The translations under genes and the position numbers were made by a program. The notes below the pieces were generated by a model. That model was given only the letters and a program-made list of their open reading frames with translations, was not told the DNA's origin and ran no database searches. From Mobula hypostoma (lineage: Eukaryota), in NCBI RefSeq assembly GCF_963921235.1, contig NC_086097.1:205222001-205286000 (forward strand): a stretch of DNA of 64,000 nt. Direction: 5' to 3'. Below, piece by piece: positions 1 to 13,769 of the stretch (position 1 is its first letter; each line of letters begins with the position of its first letter).

Positions 1-194
1 AACATCTCCCTAACCTAATATGCAAAATACAAATTCCAATAGAAACCAATCAGAAACTTAATCTGGCTTCTGACCTGTCCATTCAAGTGTAGAAATTCTT
101 CCCAATAACATTTTGTAAGACATATTCATTTACCTGCATCCAAATTCATTAGAAGAACAAAGATTAAGATTATCCCTAGATAAAGTCATATAAA

Positions 195-457
195 GCCAGG
201 AAGTTATGTTGCAGCTTTATAAAAGGCCATATCTAAAGTATTTCATACAGTGCTGGTCGCTCCATTATAGGAAGGATATTGAGGCTTTGGAGGGAGTAAA
301 AAGAGGATTACCAGATTGAAATGTCTAATACTGGAGGGTATGCATTTAAAGTGAGAAGATGTACCAAGTATTTTTTTTACTACAGAGAGTGGTAGGTGCA
401 TGGAATGTGCTGCCTGGGGTGTTATTAGAGGCAGAAAATTAAAAACTTTTAAGAGGC
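195..457 (+). mobile_element. Old CR1 LINE 3' part (left half). It is split by the CR1 at 462-4282 and resumes at about 4292-4450.
   Basis: Degenerate ORF2 C-terminal signatures (gttatgttgcagctttataaa, cattataggaaggatattgaggctttgg, cagagagtggtaggtgcatggaatg). A CR1-type 3' UTR (cacaacattgtgggccaaag...cctatgctgta) continues at 4400-4445. Confidence 0.65.
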
Positions 458-461
458 CATC

Positions 462-3400
462 AGACCATAAGACATAGGAGCAGAATTAGGCCATTCAGCC
501 CATCAAGTATGCTTCGCCATTCCATCATGGCTGATACCAGATCGCACTAAACCCCATACACCTCCCTTCTTGCCATAACTTGTGATGCCCTAACCAATCA
601 GAAAATTATCAAATTTCACATTAAATGCAGCCATAGACATGGCATCCAATGCTGTCTGTGGCAGAGCATTCCATAGATTCACTACTCTCTGGTTAAAAAA
701 AATTCCTCCGTACCTCCATTCTAAAAGCTTGCCTCCCAATTTAGCGGCTGTGCCATCTAGTTCTGGATGCCCCCACCAGAGGAAACATCCTCTACACATC
801 CAACTTACTTAGTCTTTTCAACATCCAGTAGGCTTCAATGAGACCCCCACGCATTTTTCTAAATTCCAGTGAGTACAGGTCCAAAGCTGAGAAACGCTTC
901 ATTCCTGGAATCATCCTCGTAAACAACCTCTGGACTCTCCCCAATGACAACACATCCTTTCTGAGATATGGGACCCAAAACTGTTGACAATGCTCCAAGT
1001 CCAGCCTGACTAGTGTCTTATAAATCATCAGCATTATCTCTTTGTTTTTATATTCTATTCCCCATGAAGTGAATGCCAACATTGCAGTTACCTCCTTTAT
1101 CACAGACTCAACCTGTAAATTATCCTTCTGGGAGTTTTGCATGAGGATGCCCAAGTCTCTTTGCATGTCTGATGTTTGAATCTTCTCCCCATTTTGATAA
1201 TAGTCTGCACATTTGTTCCTTTTACCAAAATACATTATCACACATTTTCCAACACTGTATTTCATGTCACTTTTTTGCCCATTCTTCCAATTCGCCCAAG
1301 TCCTTCTGCAGTCACATTGCTTCCTCAGCATTACCTACCCCTCCACCTATTTTTGTATCATCTGCAAACTTTGCCTCAAAGCTATCAATTCCATATTCCA
1401 AATCATTGACAAACAATGTGAAGAGTAGCGGTCCCAACACTGACCCTAGAGGAACATCCCTCATCACTGGTAGTCAGTGGCAGTCAACCTGAAAAGGTTC
1501 CCTTTATTCCCACTCACTTTCTTCTGCCTGTCAGCCATTCCTCTATCCATGCCAGTATCTTTCCTGTAATGTCATAGGATTTTATCTTATTAAGCAGCCT
1601 CATGTGTGGCACCTTATCAAATGCCTTCTGGAAATCCAAGTAACTGGCATCCACTGCCTCTCCTTTCCCCACCCTGCTTGTTACGTCCTTGAAGAACTCT
1701 AACAGATCTGTCAGGCAAGATCTCCCTTGCAGAAACCATGCTGACTTTGACTTATTTTATCATTAGTCTGCAAGTACCCAAGAACCTCATCCTTAACAAT
1801 AGACTCCAACACGCTCCCAACCTATGAAGTTAGGCTAACTGGCCTATAATTTCCTTTCTTTTGCCTTCCTCCATTCTTAATAAATTGAATGATATTTTCA
1901 ATTTTCCAGTCCTCCGGGACCATGCCAGAATCAAGTGATTCTTGAAAGGTCATAACCAATCCATCTGCTATCTCTTCAGCAACCTCTTTTAGAACTCTGG
2001 GATATAGTCCATCTGGTTATCCACCTTAAGACCTTTAGGTGTTACAAGAAGGATACTGGAATGAATAGAGGAATGGCTAACAGGCAGGAGACAGTGAGTG
2101 GAAATAAAGGGAACCTTTTCTGGTTGGCTGCCACTGACTACCAGAACTACCAGTGACTAGGGGTGTTCCTCAAGGGTCAGTGTTGGGACCGTTACCCTCA
2201 TATTGTTTGTCAATGATTTGGAAAATGGAACTGATGACTTCGAGGCAAAGTTTGCAGATGATACGAAAATAGATGGAGGGGTAGGTAATGCTGAGACTGC
2301 AGAAAGACTTAAACAAATTGGAAGAATGGGCAAAAAAGTGACATATGAAATACAGTGTTCGAAAACATATGATAATGCATTTTGGTAAAAAGAACAAATG
2401 TGCAGACTATTACCTAAATGGAGAGAAAAAAGTGCTTAGCACTTTTTCCTTTGTAATAGCAATGGCGCTCACTCCTGCTCACTGACACTCAACGAACCTC
2501 TGGCACACTGCTAGTGTCTTCCACAGAGGAGACTGATGAAAAGTACTCATTAAGTTCATTCGCCATTTCTTTGTCCCCCATTACTATCTCAGCAGCATCA
2601 TTTTCCAGTGGTCCATTTTCAACTCTCACCTCCCTTTTACTCTTTATATAACCGAAAAATCTTCTATTATCCTGTTTTATATCATTGGCTACTTCACCTT
2701 CGTACTTCATCTATTCCCTTCTTATAGCTTTTTTAGGTGCCTTTCATTGGATTTTAAAAACTTCTCAATTATTCAACTTTCCACTCACTTTTGCTATGGC
2801 ACATACAATTTTCTTGGGCTTCATGCAGTCCTTAACTTCCCTTGTCATCCATGTTTGCCTATCCCTGCCATTGGAGAACTTCTTCCTCTGCAATACATAG
2901 CTATCCTGCACCTTGTGAACTATTCCTAGAAACTTCAGCCATCTCTGTCATCATCCCCACCAATATGCTCCTCTAATCCACCTGGACAAGCTCCTCTCTC
3001 AGGCCTCTGTCATTCTCTTTGTTCTGTTGAGATACTGATACATCTGACTTGTCCTTCTCCCTCTCAAATTGCAGTATGAATTCAATCATATTATGAACAC
3101 TGTCTCCTTTATCTTAAGCTCCCTAATAAAATTGGGATTATTACATAACACCCAATCTAAGATAGCCTCTGAGACATCAGCCTTAATAATTGACTCCAGC
3201 ATCTTCCCGACTATTGAGGTCAAACTAATTGGCTTATAAACAGGCTCAAGCACAAGCTGCTCTAAGTTCCATTGCATAGGCATTCAATAAATTCTCTCTC
3301 TTGCAATTCAACAACAACTTGATTTTCCCAATCCCCTTGCATATTGGCATCTCCCATTACAATTGTGACATTGCCCTTATTGCATGCCCCTTTCCTGCTT

Positions 3401-4282
3401 TCTTTGAGATCTCAACCCAACATCTTGGCTTCTATTTGGATGATTATATACGATTCCCATAATGTTTTTTTTACCCTTGCTGTTTCTTAACTTCACCCAC
3501 AAAAGATTCAACTTTCTCTGACCCCATGTCACCTTTTTCTAAAGATGTAATTCCATTTCTTACCAATAGAGCCAGAGCACTGCCTATGGCTTCCTGCCTA
3601 TCCTTTGATATCAAACTCCCAATTCCAACCCACTTTCAGCCACGACTCAGTGATGCTCACAACATCATGCCAACCAATCTCTAATTGCACCATGTCTTCA
3701 TCCACCTTGTTCCAAATTCTACGTACATTTAAATACTGCACCGTCTCTCCTGCATTCTCTGACCTTTTGAATTTTGCCTCTGTGGTACTCTTTGCACTGT
3801 CTGCATTTATACCCAGTCATTGGCTTGTCCTCCCTTACATTCCTATTACTGCCATCATCAACCTGTAAACCTGCTGGCTCACCCTCAGTTCTGTCATACT
3901 GGTTCTATCCCCCTGCAAAATTAGTCTAAACCACTCCCAACAGCTGTGGTAAACCTGCCCACAAGGATCGTGATCCCCCTCAGATTCAAATGCAACCTGT
4001 CCCTTTTGTACAGGTCACACCTGCCCCAGAAGAGGTTCCAATGATCCAGAAATCTGAATTCCTACACAGTGCTTCAAATCTTCAAGCACATATTTACCTG
4101 CCACCTCATTCTATTCCTATCCTCGCTGTCATGAGGCACAGGCAGCAATCCCGAGATTACTACTCTTGAGTTCCTCCTTCTCAGCTTCCTTCCTATCTCC
4201 CTGCAAGCTGTTTTCAGGGTGTCTTCCCTTTTTAAACCTATGTCATTGGTACCAATATGTACCACGACTTCTGGCTGCTTAC
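462..4282 (-). mobile_element. Degraded CR1 LINE (end of ORF1, APE/RT ORF2 with deletions, 3' tail). It is interrupted at 2038-2430.
   Basis: Minus-strand ORF fragments: HIGTNDI (ORF1 SGNH esterase, 4074-4265), PISLTSIVGKMLESII, FFGYIKSKR, LEHCQQFWVPYLRKDV, FFNQRVVNLWNALP. The tail repeat reads gaccataagacatag on the + strand at about 462-480. Confidence 0.9.
2038..2430 (+). mobile_element. Internal CR1 RT fragment inserted in opposite orientation inside the 462-4282 CR1
   Basis: Encodes GVPQGSVLGP and FADDTKI (ORF 2203..2388). The host minus-strand element resumes at about 2431 (tgcttagcactttttcc). Confidence 0.85.
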
Positions 4283-5831
4283 AATTTGGTTTTCATTTAG
4301 GTAGTCATAAGAATGTGGGAAAAATGAAAGGATACAGGCACTGTGTAGGCAAAAGAGATTAGTTTAGTTAGCCACTTGATTACTAATTTAATTGGTTCAG
4401 CACAACATTGTGGGCCAAAGTGTGTGTTCCTATGCTGTATGAATTTCTACAGGTTACCTCATGAGACTACTTTTTATACATTTCTTTATATAGTTTTAAA
4501 GCATGTATTTGATTTTATGGCCAATTATGTGGCTGTAAGTTGCCCCTTTCCATAAGCAGTATAGACCTGCTGTTAAATGCTTTCATATTTTTCCCGATTC
4601 CCATAGTCACCATAACCCCACTGTTCTCAATTAGAATTTAGATGTGTACATTACTGATCCTGATATGCAGCATTTGAAAATTGTCTTTGCCTTTCAGTAT
4701 CAGGGGTATGGAAGAGGTGAAGAAGAAGGAGACACAGTACTGTGAAGTTAAATTGTTTCAGATAAAAACTTACTGCAGCTATGTTCACACGTTGACACTA
4801 ATCAAATGTTCAAATGTCAGCCTGACCCTACTTCACATCATCCCTTCAGCCTTGCACACTGCCCAACTCTTTTAATGTTTTCAATTCTTCTTCTTCTGAA
4901 CTCCTTTCTCTCCTAAGCTGTCTAAAAAAAAGGTAGATTGTTTTTGCTTGTAATGATGTGTTCTACTACACAATGGAAAAGCAAAACAGATTGATTGGTA
5001 ACTTTACAGATGACCCCCAGACGTAACCATGAAATTCCAGTTACCTGTCACTAATTCTTCATTCCACTCTAGTATGCTATCAAAAAGGTAGTTACTCTTT
5101 CAAAGTTTATATTGAGCTAAAAAAAAACACCCTTCCTTCAAGCATGGCAAGTTATAGCCTTTCGGGATCAGCAGTGAATTCAACAATGACTTCAGCAATT
5201 TCAGATATTCAGCATCTCAATTCGTTACATTTCAAATTATCACTATTCAGACATTCCTTTTTTTTCAGCTTCACCTGGTTTTCTCTCTTCTAGACTTATG
5301 TTGGTGATATAATCAACTGCTTTATCATTTTATCATTCCTCCCATAATGCAGCTTCTTTTCTATTCTGTTCTTACTACTTCTTGCTTCAACAAGTTCTAT
5401 TGCTACCTTCTTTTTCCAGTTCAAATGAATGAACAGTGATATAAAATATATATATATATATATATATATTCTCTCTCCTTTCCTCTCCCCTCCACTCCAC
5501 ACCACTCCCCACTCCTGCTGAACTTGTTCAACATTTGCTATTTGCTTTTGAACCAACATCTGTAGCATATTTTTGGTTCAGGTTAAACTCATTAACTGTA
5601 TTGATTCTCTACAGCCCTCCAGAAAATGAGGAATTACTCTGTAGAATTTTATGGCTGAATGCACTAGAGATAATTTATTGAATGCATCCCCTTCTGATTC
5701 TGCTGTGCAATCAGTTCAATAAATTTTTCTGTCTTTGATTTTTAGAAATACAGAAAACCTACAGCACAATATAGGCCCTTTGGCCCACAAAGCTGTGCTG
5801 AACATGTCCTTACCTCAGAAATTACCTAGGG

Positions 5832-8760
5832 TTACCCATAGCCCTCTATTTTTCTAAGTTCCATGTACCCATCCAGGAGTCTCTTAAAAGACCTTATGGT
5901 ATCTGCCTCCCCCATTGTCACCGGCAGCCCATTCCATGTACTCACCATTCTCTGCGTAAAAAACTTACCCCTGAAATCTCCACGGTACCTATTTCCAAGC
6001 ACCTCAAAACTGTGCCCTCTCCTGTTAACCATTTCAGCCCTGGGGAGAAAGCCTCTAACTATCCACACAATCAATACCTCTCATCATCTTATACACCTCT
6101 GTCAGGTCACTTCTCATCCTCTGTCACTCCAAGAAGCAAAGGTCAAGTTCACTCAACCTATTCTCATAAATCATGCTCTCCAATCCAGGCAACATCCCTG
6201 TAAATCTTCTCTTCACCCTTTCTATGATTTCCACATACTTCCTGTAGTGAGGCGACCAGAACTGAGCACAGTACTCCAAGTAGGGTCTGACCAGGGTCCT
6301 ATATAGCTGCAACATTACCTCTCAGCTCTTGAACTCAATCCCACAATTGATTAAAGCCAATGCACCGTATGCCTTCTTAACCACAGTCACCCTGCACAGC
6401 AACTTTGAGTATCCTATGGATTCGGACCCCAAGATCCCTCTGATCCTCCACACTGCCAAGAGTCTTACCATCAATACTATATTCTATCATCATATTTGAA
6501 CTTCCAAAATGAACCACCTCACACTTATTTGGGTTGAACTCCATCTGCCACTTTTCAGCCCAGTTTTGCATCCTATTAATGTCCCGCTTTAACCTCTGAC
6601 AGCCCTCCACACTATCCACAACACTCCCAACCTTTGTGTCATCAGCAAATTTACTAACCCATCCCTCCACTTCCTCATCCAGATCATTTATAAAAATCAT
6701 GAAGAGTAGGGGTCCCAGAACAGATCCCTGAGGCACACCACTGCTCACTGACCTCCACGCAGAATATGACCCATCTAAAACCACCTTGCCGTCTGTGGGA
6801 AGCCAATTCTGGATCCAAAGCAATGTCCTTTTGGATCCCATTCCTCCTTACTTTCTCAATAAGCCTTGCATGGGTACCTTATCAAATGCCTTGCTGAAAT
6901 CCATATACACTATATCTACTACTCTACTTCATCAATGTGTTTAGTCATATCCTCAGAAAATTCAATCAGGCTTGTAAGGCACGACCTGCCTTTGACAAAG
7001 CCATGCTGACTATTCCTAATCATATTATGCTTCTCCAAATTTTCATAAATCCTGCCTCTCAAGATCTTTTCCATCAACTTACCAACCACTGAAGTAAGAC
7101 TCACTGGTCTACAATTTCCTGGGCTATCTCTACTCCCTTTCTTGAATAAGGAAACAACATCTGCAACCTTCTAATCCTCCAGAACCTCTCCTGTCCCCAT
7201 TGATGATGCAAAGATCATTGCCAGAGGCTCAGCAATCTCCTCCCTCGCCTCCCACAGTTGCTTGGGGTACATCTCGTCTGCTCCTGGTGATTTAACCAAC
7301 ATGATTCTTTCTAAAATCTCCAGCACATCCTCTTCATTAATATCTACATGCTCAAGCTTTTCAGTCCACTGCAAGACATCCCTACAATCATCTTTTCCAT
7401 AGTGAATACTGAAGCAAGGTATTCATTAAGTACCACTCCTATTTCCTCTGGTTCCATACACACTTTCCCACTGTCACACTTGATAGGTCCTATTCTTTCA
7501 CATCTTATCCTCTTGCTCTTCACATACTTGCAGAATGCCTTGGCGTTTTCCTTAATCCTGCCCGCCAAGGCCTTCTCATGGCCCCTTCTGGCTCTCCAAA
7601 TTTCCTTTCTAAGCTTGTTCTTGTTAGCCTCATTATCTTCTAGATCTCCAACATTACCTAGGTCTCTGAACCTTTTGTAAGCTTTTCTTTTCCTCTTGAC
7701 TAGATTTACAACAGCCTTTGTACACCATGACTCCTGTACCCTACCATAACTTCCCTGTCTCATTGGAACATACCTATGCATAACTCCACACAAATATCCC
7801 CTGAACGTTTGCCACATTTCTTCCATACCTTTCCCAGAGAACATCTGTTCCCAATTTAAGCTTCCAAGTTCCTGCCTGACAGCCTCATAATTCCTTTTAC
7901 TCAAATTAAACACTTTTCTAACTTGTCTGTTCCTATCTCTCTCCAAAGATATTGTAAAGGAGATAGAATTGTGATCACTATCTCCAAAATGCTCTCCGAC
8001 TGAGAGATCTGACACCTGACCAGGTTCATTTCCCAATACCAAATCAAGTACAGTCTCTCCTTATCTACACTTTGTGTCAAGAAACCTTCCTGAACACACC
8101 TAACAAACTCCACCCCATATAAATCCCTTGCTCTAGTGAGATGCCAATCAATATTTGGGAAATTAAAATCTCCCATCATGACAACTCTGTTATTATTACA
8201 CCTTTCCTGGATCCGTTTCCCTATCTTTTCCCTAACCAATATCCCTCGCGATCAATGAAGTATGACTACGACTATGACTATCTGCTCCATTAGGTGGCCT
8301 ATAAAAAAACACCCAGTAGAGTTATTGACCCCTTCCTGTTCCTAATCTCCACCCACAGAGTCTCCGTGGACAATCCCTCCATGACATCCACCTTTTCTGT
8401 AGCTGTGACACTATCTCTGATCAACAGTGCCAAGCCCCCGCCTCTTCTGCCTCCCTCCCTGTCCCTTCTGAAACATCTAAAACCTGGCACTTGAAGTAAC
8501 CATTCCTGTCCCTGAGCCTTCCAATTCTCTGTAATGGCCACCACATCATAGCTCCAAGTACTGATCCACACTCTAAGCTTATCCGCTTTGTTCACAATAC
8601 TCCTTGCATTAAAATAGACACATCTCAAACTGTCGGTCTGAGCATATCCCTTCTTTATCACCTGCCTATCCTCCCTCATGCGCTGTCTCCAAGCTTTCTC
8701 TATTTGTGAGCCAACCACCTCTTCCCCAGTCTCTTCAGTTTCGGTTCCCACCCCCAACAA
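5832..8760 (-). pseudogene. CR1 ORF2 remnant (AP endonuclease plus reverse transcriptase) with multiple frameshifts and stops
   Basis: ORF fragments from 8299..8760 down to 5832..6074 carry the APE and RT motifs in canonical order. Confidence 0.9.
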
Positions 8761-8762
8761 TT

Positions 8763-9700
8763 CTAGTTTAAACTCTCCCCAGTAGCCTTAGCAAACCTCC
8801 CCGCCAGGATATTGGTCCCCCTGGGATTCAAGTGCAACCTGTCCTTTTTGTACAGGTCACACCTGCCCCAAAAGAGGTCCCAATGATCCAGAAATCTGAA
8901 TCCTTGCCCCCTGCTCCAATCCCTCTGCCACACATTTATCCTCCACCTCATTTTATTCCTATACTCACTGTCACGTGGGCACAGGCAGTAATCCCGAGAT
9001 TACTACCTTTGCGGTCCTGCTTCTCAACTTCATTCCTAACTCCCTGCAGTCGGTTTTCAGGACCTCTTCCCTTTTCCTACCTATGTCATTGGTACCAATA
9101 TGTACCACAACCTCTGGCTGTTCTCCCTCCCACTGCAGGATATTGTGGGCGTGATCTGAAACATTCCGGACCCTGGCACCTGGGAGGCAAACTACCATTC
9201 AAGTTTCTTTCCTGCGTCCACAGAATCACCTGTCTGACCCCATAACTATGGATTCCCCTATCACTACTGCCTTCCTCTTCCTTTCCCTACACTTCTGAGC
9301 CACAGGGCCGGACTCTGTGCCAGAGAAACAGCCACTGTCGCTTCCCCCAGGTAGCCTGTCCCCCCCAACAGTACTCAAACAGGAGTACTTATTGTTCAGG
9401 GGGTACAACCACAGGGGTACTCTCTAGTACCTGACTCTTCCCCTTCACCCTCCTGACTGTTACCCACTTGTCTGTCTCCTGTGGCCCCGCTGTGACCACC
9501 TGCCTATTACTCCTTTCTATCACCTCCTCAGTCACCCTGACCAGACGGAGGTCATCAAACTGCAACTCCAGTTCCCTAACGCGGTCCCTTCAGAGCTGCA
9601 GCTTGATACTCTGGGTGCAGATATGGCCACCTGGGAGGCTCCAGGACCTTCCACATCTGACACCAAGCACAGAACACTGGCCTCACACACATACTTCCTT
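8763..9700 (-). pseudogene. CR1 ORF1 remnant (Cys-rich/coiled-coil N-terminus plus SGNH esterase domain), frameshifted
   Basis: VVIGESIV (GDS block), CLPGARV, VVVHIGTNDI and DRLHLNPRG, spread over ORFs 9226..9408, 8971..9198 and 8763..8951. Confidence 0.85.
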
Positions 9701-9802
9701 TCTGCAATTAACACAGGTAATCCTACCTGGTCTTGTCCTGTTACCGTCTAAGCCCGTTGAGCCAAAGCCCTACCACTCTGCTACCCTCTCACTCTGCTGC
9801 CC

Positions 9803-11411
9803 GGTTCCTGTACCCTACCATCCTTTCCCTGTCTCATTGGAATGTACCTATGCAGAATTCCATGCAAATATCCCCTAAATATTTGCCATATTTCTTCCGT
9901 AGGTTTCCCTGAGAACATCTGTTCCCAATTTATGCTTCCAAGTTCCTTCCTGATAGCCTCATATTTCCCTTTACTCCAATTAAACACTTCCCTAACTTGT
10001 CTATTCCTATCCCTTTCCAATGCTATGGTAAAGGAGATAAAATTGTGATCACTGTCTCCAAAATGCTTTCCTAACTCGTCTGTTCCTATCCCTCTCCAAT
10101 GATTATGATCACGATCTCCAAAATGCTCTCCCACTGAGAGATCTAACACCTGACCAGGTTCAGTTCCCAATACCAGATCAAATACAGCCTCTCCTCTTAT
10201 AGGCTTATCTACATATTATGTCAGAAACCTTCCTAAACACACCTAACAAACTCCATCCCATCTAAACCTTTCGCTCTAGGGAGATGCCAATCGATATTTG
10301 GGAAATTAAAATCTCCCACCACAACAAACCTGTTATTATTACACTTTTCCAGATTCTGTATCCCTATCTTCTCCTCGATGTCCCTGTTACTACTTGGAGG
10401 TCTATAAAAACACACAGTAGAGTTATTGACCCCTTCCTGTTCCTAACTTCCACCTACAGAGACTCAGTAGACAATCCCTCCATTACTTCCTCCGTTTCTG
10501 CAGCCGTGACACTATCTCTGATCAACAGTGCCACACCCCCACCTTTTTTGCTGCCTTCCCTGTCCTTTCTGAAACATCTAAAGTCTGGCACTCTAAGTAG
10601 CCATTCCTGCCCTTGCGCCATCCAAGTGTCTGTAATAGCCACAACGTCATAGCTCCAAGTATTGATCCAGGCTCTAAGCTCATCCACTTTGCTCATGATG
10701 CTTCTTTCATTAAGATAGACACATCTCAAACCATCGGTCTGAGCACTTCCCTTCTCTATCACCTGCCTATTCTTCCTCTCGCACTGTCTCCAAGCTTTCT
10801 CTATTTGTGAGCCAACCACCCCTTCCTCCGTCTCTTCAGTTTGGTTCCCACCCCCCAACAAGTCTAGTTTAAATTCTCCCCAATAGCCCTTGCAAACCTC
10901 CCCGCCAGGATATTGGTCCCCCTGGGATTCACATGCAACCCATCCTTTTTGTACAGGTCACACCTGCCCTAAAAGAGGTCCTAATGATCCAGAAATCTGA
11001 ATCCTGCCCCCTGCTCCAATCCTTCAGCCACGCATTTATCCTCCACCTCATATTCACTGTTACGTGACACAGGCAGTAATCCCAAGATTACTACCTTTGC
11101 GGTCCTGCTTCTCAACTTCCTTCCTAACTCCCTGTAGTCTGTTTTCATGACCTCCTCACTTTTCCTACCAATGTTGTTAGTACCAATATGTACCACAATC
11201 TCTGGCTGTTCTCCTTCCTACTTCAGGATATTGAGGACGCTATCGGAAACGTGCCAGACCTTGGTACCTGGGAGGCAAACTACCATCCGTGTTTCTTTCC
11301 TGCGTCCACAGAAACACCTGTGTGACCTCCTAACTATAGAGTCCCCTATCACTGCTGCCATCCTCTTCCTTTCCAAACCCTTCTGAGCCATAGGGCCAGA
11401 CTCTGTGCCAG
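9803..11411 (-). mobile_element. Partial CR1 (copy B: esterase part of ORF1 plus APE), directly abutting the 5' end of copy A
   Basis: HIGTNNI, LRCVYLNERSIMSK, VGDFNFPNIDW, GEHFGDSDHN. No RT domain and no tail. Confidence 0.9.
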
Positions 11412-13769
11412 CATGATTTGTACAAGGTACAGTACAAATGTATGAAATTCCAACAAATTATAAAGGTCAACCATAGTTTTTCTTGAATGCTTAATAGATA
11501 AACATTTCAGTTATGTTTTCCCTGACAGAATGGCTCACTGTGTTACAGTAAACATGCTCATTTGAAACAGCACAAGTCAAACAAATGTCATTTTTATTCA
11601 CAGTGAATATACCAATAATATTTTGCTGACATAAAGAAAAAAATAACTTACTTAGAATTTGTTGCCATTAAATTAGACGCTTAAATCAAAGTGTTGCTCT
11701 GATATAAATAAATGAATGATGATCAATACACACTTTGGTATCATTTTCACTGAAAAATGATTTATTAGGACATTGCTCATATATCTCAGTTAATCTGCAA
11801 TGTATCTTGAGGTTCAGTCAATATTACCTTGCCTTGATCATTATTTTTGAATGCTGCACAGTATTGGTGCTCAAAATAGCAGCAGAATCTTCATAACTTG
11901 CTTTCAATAAATGCTGGCATTTACTGTATATTTCATTCTTCATGTTTTCTACTGTGCTGTATTCATTTTTCCTGCCTTGAATTTATTGGCTTTTGAGGAT
12001 GAAAGAAGTTACACAAAGTCCATTTCATAGAGATCTACAGACTGTGATGGGAATGTGAGGGAAGAGCTTTTGAAGAGTTCACCAAAATCAAATTAATGTA
12101 TCAGGATTATTACCAGCTGGATGAAGTGTTGGTTGGTTACCTATTTAAACTGAAGTATACCCTGGATAGCACGTGCCATCAAATGTGAATGCGATGAACT
12201 TCGTGATGGATCCAAAATTTCAAAATAAATATATAGAATTCAGCAGTGGAGTGCAGTCCCACTGGGTGTTCCCAGCATTCCTTTAGGTCCCACACACAAT
12301 ACCTGGGATCCACTGATTTCACAGAACATCCCATCAGAGGCAAAGTATAGAATGTTTTATTTTTTTTTAAACACATTCTGGTACTTTAATTAATGTTATT
12401 TGGTTTCAATGTCAATAGTTTTAAAATCTCTTAATATCAGAGAGATTGAAAATCTCCTCAGAATCCATTCTGACATTATCCTCACTTGTTTGGGAGAGTG
12501 GACAATGGTTTTCTAGAGCACACTTGTTTTAAGCTTTCAGTTAGTGTCATTTTAATTTTCCATCCTATCGTCACTCTGCCCTTCTATATTGTTCCAATGA
12601 TCCTCAATAAAACAGTACATTATCTTTCGCTTAGGCCAATTACAGCTTTCTTGACTCCACATTTTTTTTCTTTTTACCATCATTCACAGACATTTTCTTC
12701 TGCTGACAATTTCATATTATAGTTCAGCTCATTTTGTTTCTGGATTTAATTTTAGTTATTGGAAAATCCTTTAACATCCTCTCAAACTTGATTACACTTT
12801 TAAATCATTTAATCTGACCTGCCTTACATCCTTTTATGGACCTTTCTCTGTGTTCTTTCTGCCTCTCTCCACTTTCCCTTCATTTTAAGACAGATATCAT
12901 GCATCTATTTTTCCAGATTTGATAAAACAGATAAATCTTTGTATTGTAAAAGTTGAGACATAGATATTGGGACGCATCAATACATGTGCATGAGGTAATG
13001 AACAGAATAAAACAGTAGATCATCCATGATATTGAATTGTATTCTGACTGAGGCCTCATCCTATTATTTTGCCCTCTTGTGCACTCTCCAACTAACAAGC
13101 CAACATCATACACATTATTTGAATATTGAACCAATACCTGAGATAATACTTTAACTTAAACAAATAAGTGACACAGAGACTGCAATTCTTCAACACATGA
13201 ATGAACTTATTTATGTGTTGAGGAATTAAATGGCTCTTCTTAATGTCACCCTGTCAGTTTTATATCTTCCTGACATTTCTAAGTGCACAGCTTATTAAGG
13301 AACTCCATTGGGTAGCACATTTGGGGACAGGCTGTTGAATTGGCAAAAGGGAGTCGTGAGAATACCAAGATATACAGAGGGAGACAATTGGAGATATGCC
13401 TAGAGTAATGACAGGAAAGACGATGGGTGTTACCAAGGAGATTGTCACGGAAGCCTGTGGCTACACACAGCTGAGTGCAAAGGCAAAGTTTACAAGATTG
13501 GAGAAGGGGAGGTCAGATGGAAATCAGGTACAGAATATTAATAAGGGAAATCAAGGAGAAGATCAAGAGTAGAGCTGGCAAATAAAGGCTGAGGGCTGTT
13601 GAGATTATTATGTACAGACAGGAGTATTTGCAGAAGAAGTGGTTGCTTAAGGATTAGGTGGATCACTAAGGATAAAATTTGAAAATAAAATCTAAATGGA
13701 AATAAGATCTACCTTGGATTCTGTAGCAGCAGCCAAAGGAGGGTCATTAAAATGGAAAGTATCTTAATT

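Larger units (their letters stand above)
5743..9802 (-). mobile_element. Near full-length CR1 LINE (copy A), inactivated
   Basis: Colinear 5'UTR, ORF1, APE, RT and 3' tail. Motifs: YFNARSIVNK, DVVAITE, MGDFNFPNIDW, SDHN, QHGF, GVPQGSVLGP, FADDTK, YCAQFWSP, FFTQR. Tail (tagaaatacagaaaacctacagcac on +) at about 5743. Confidence 0.93.
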
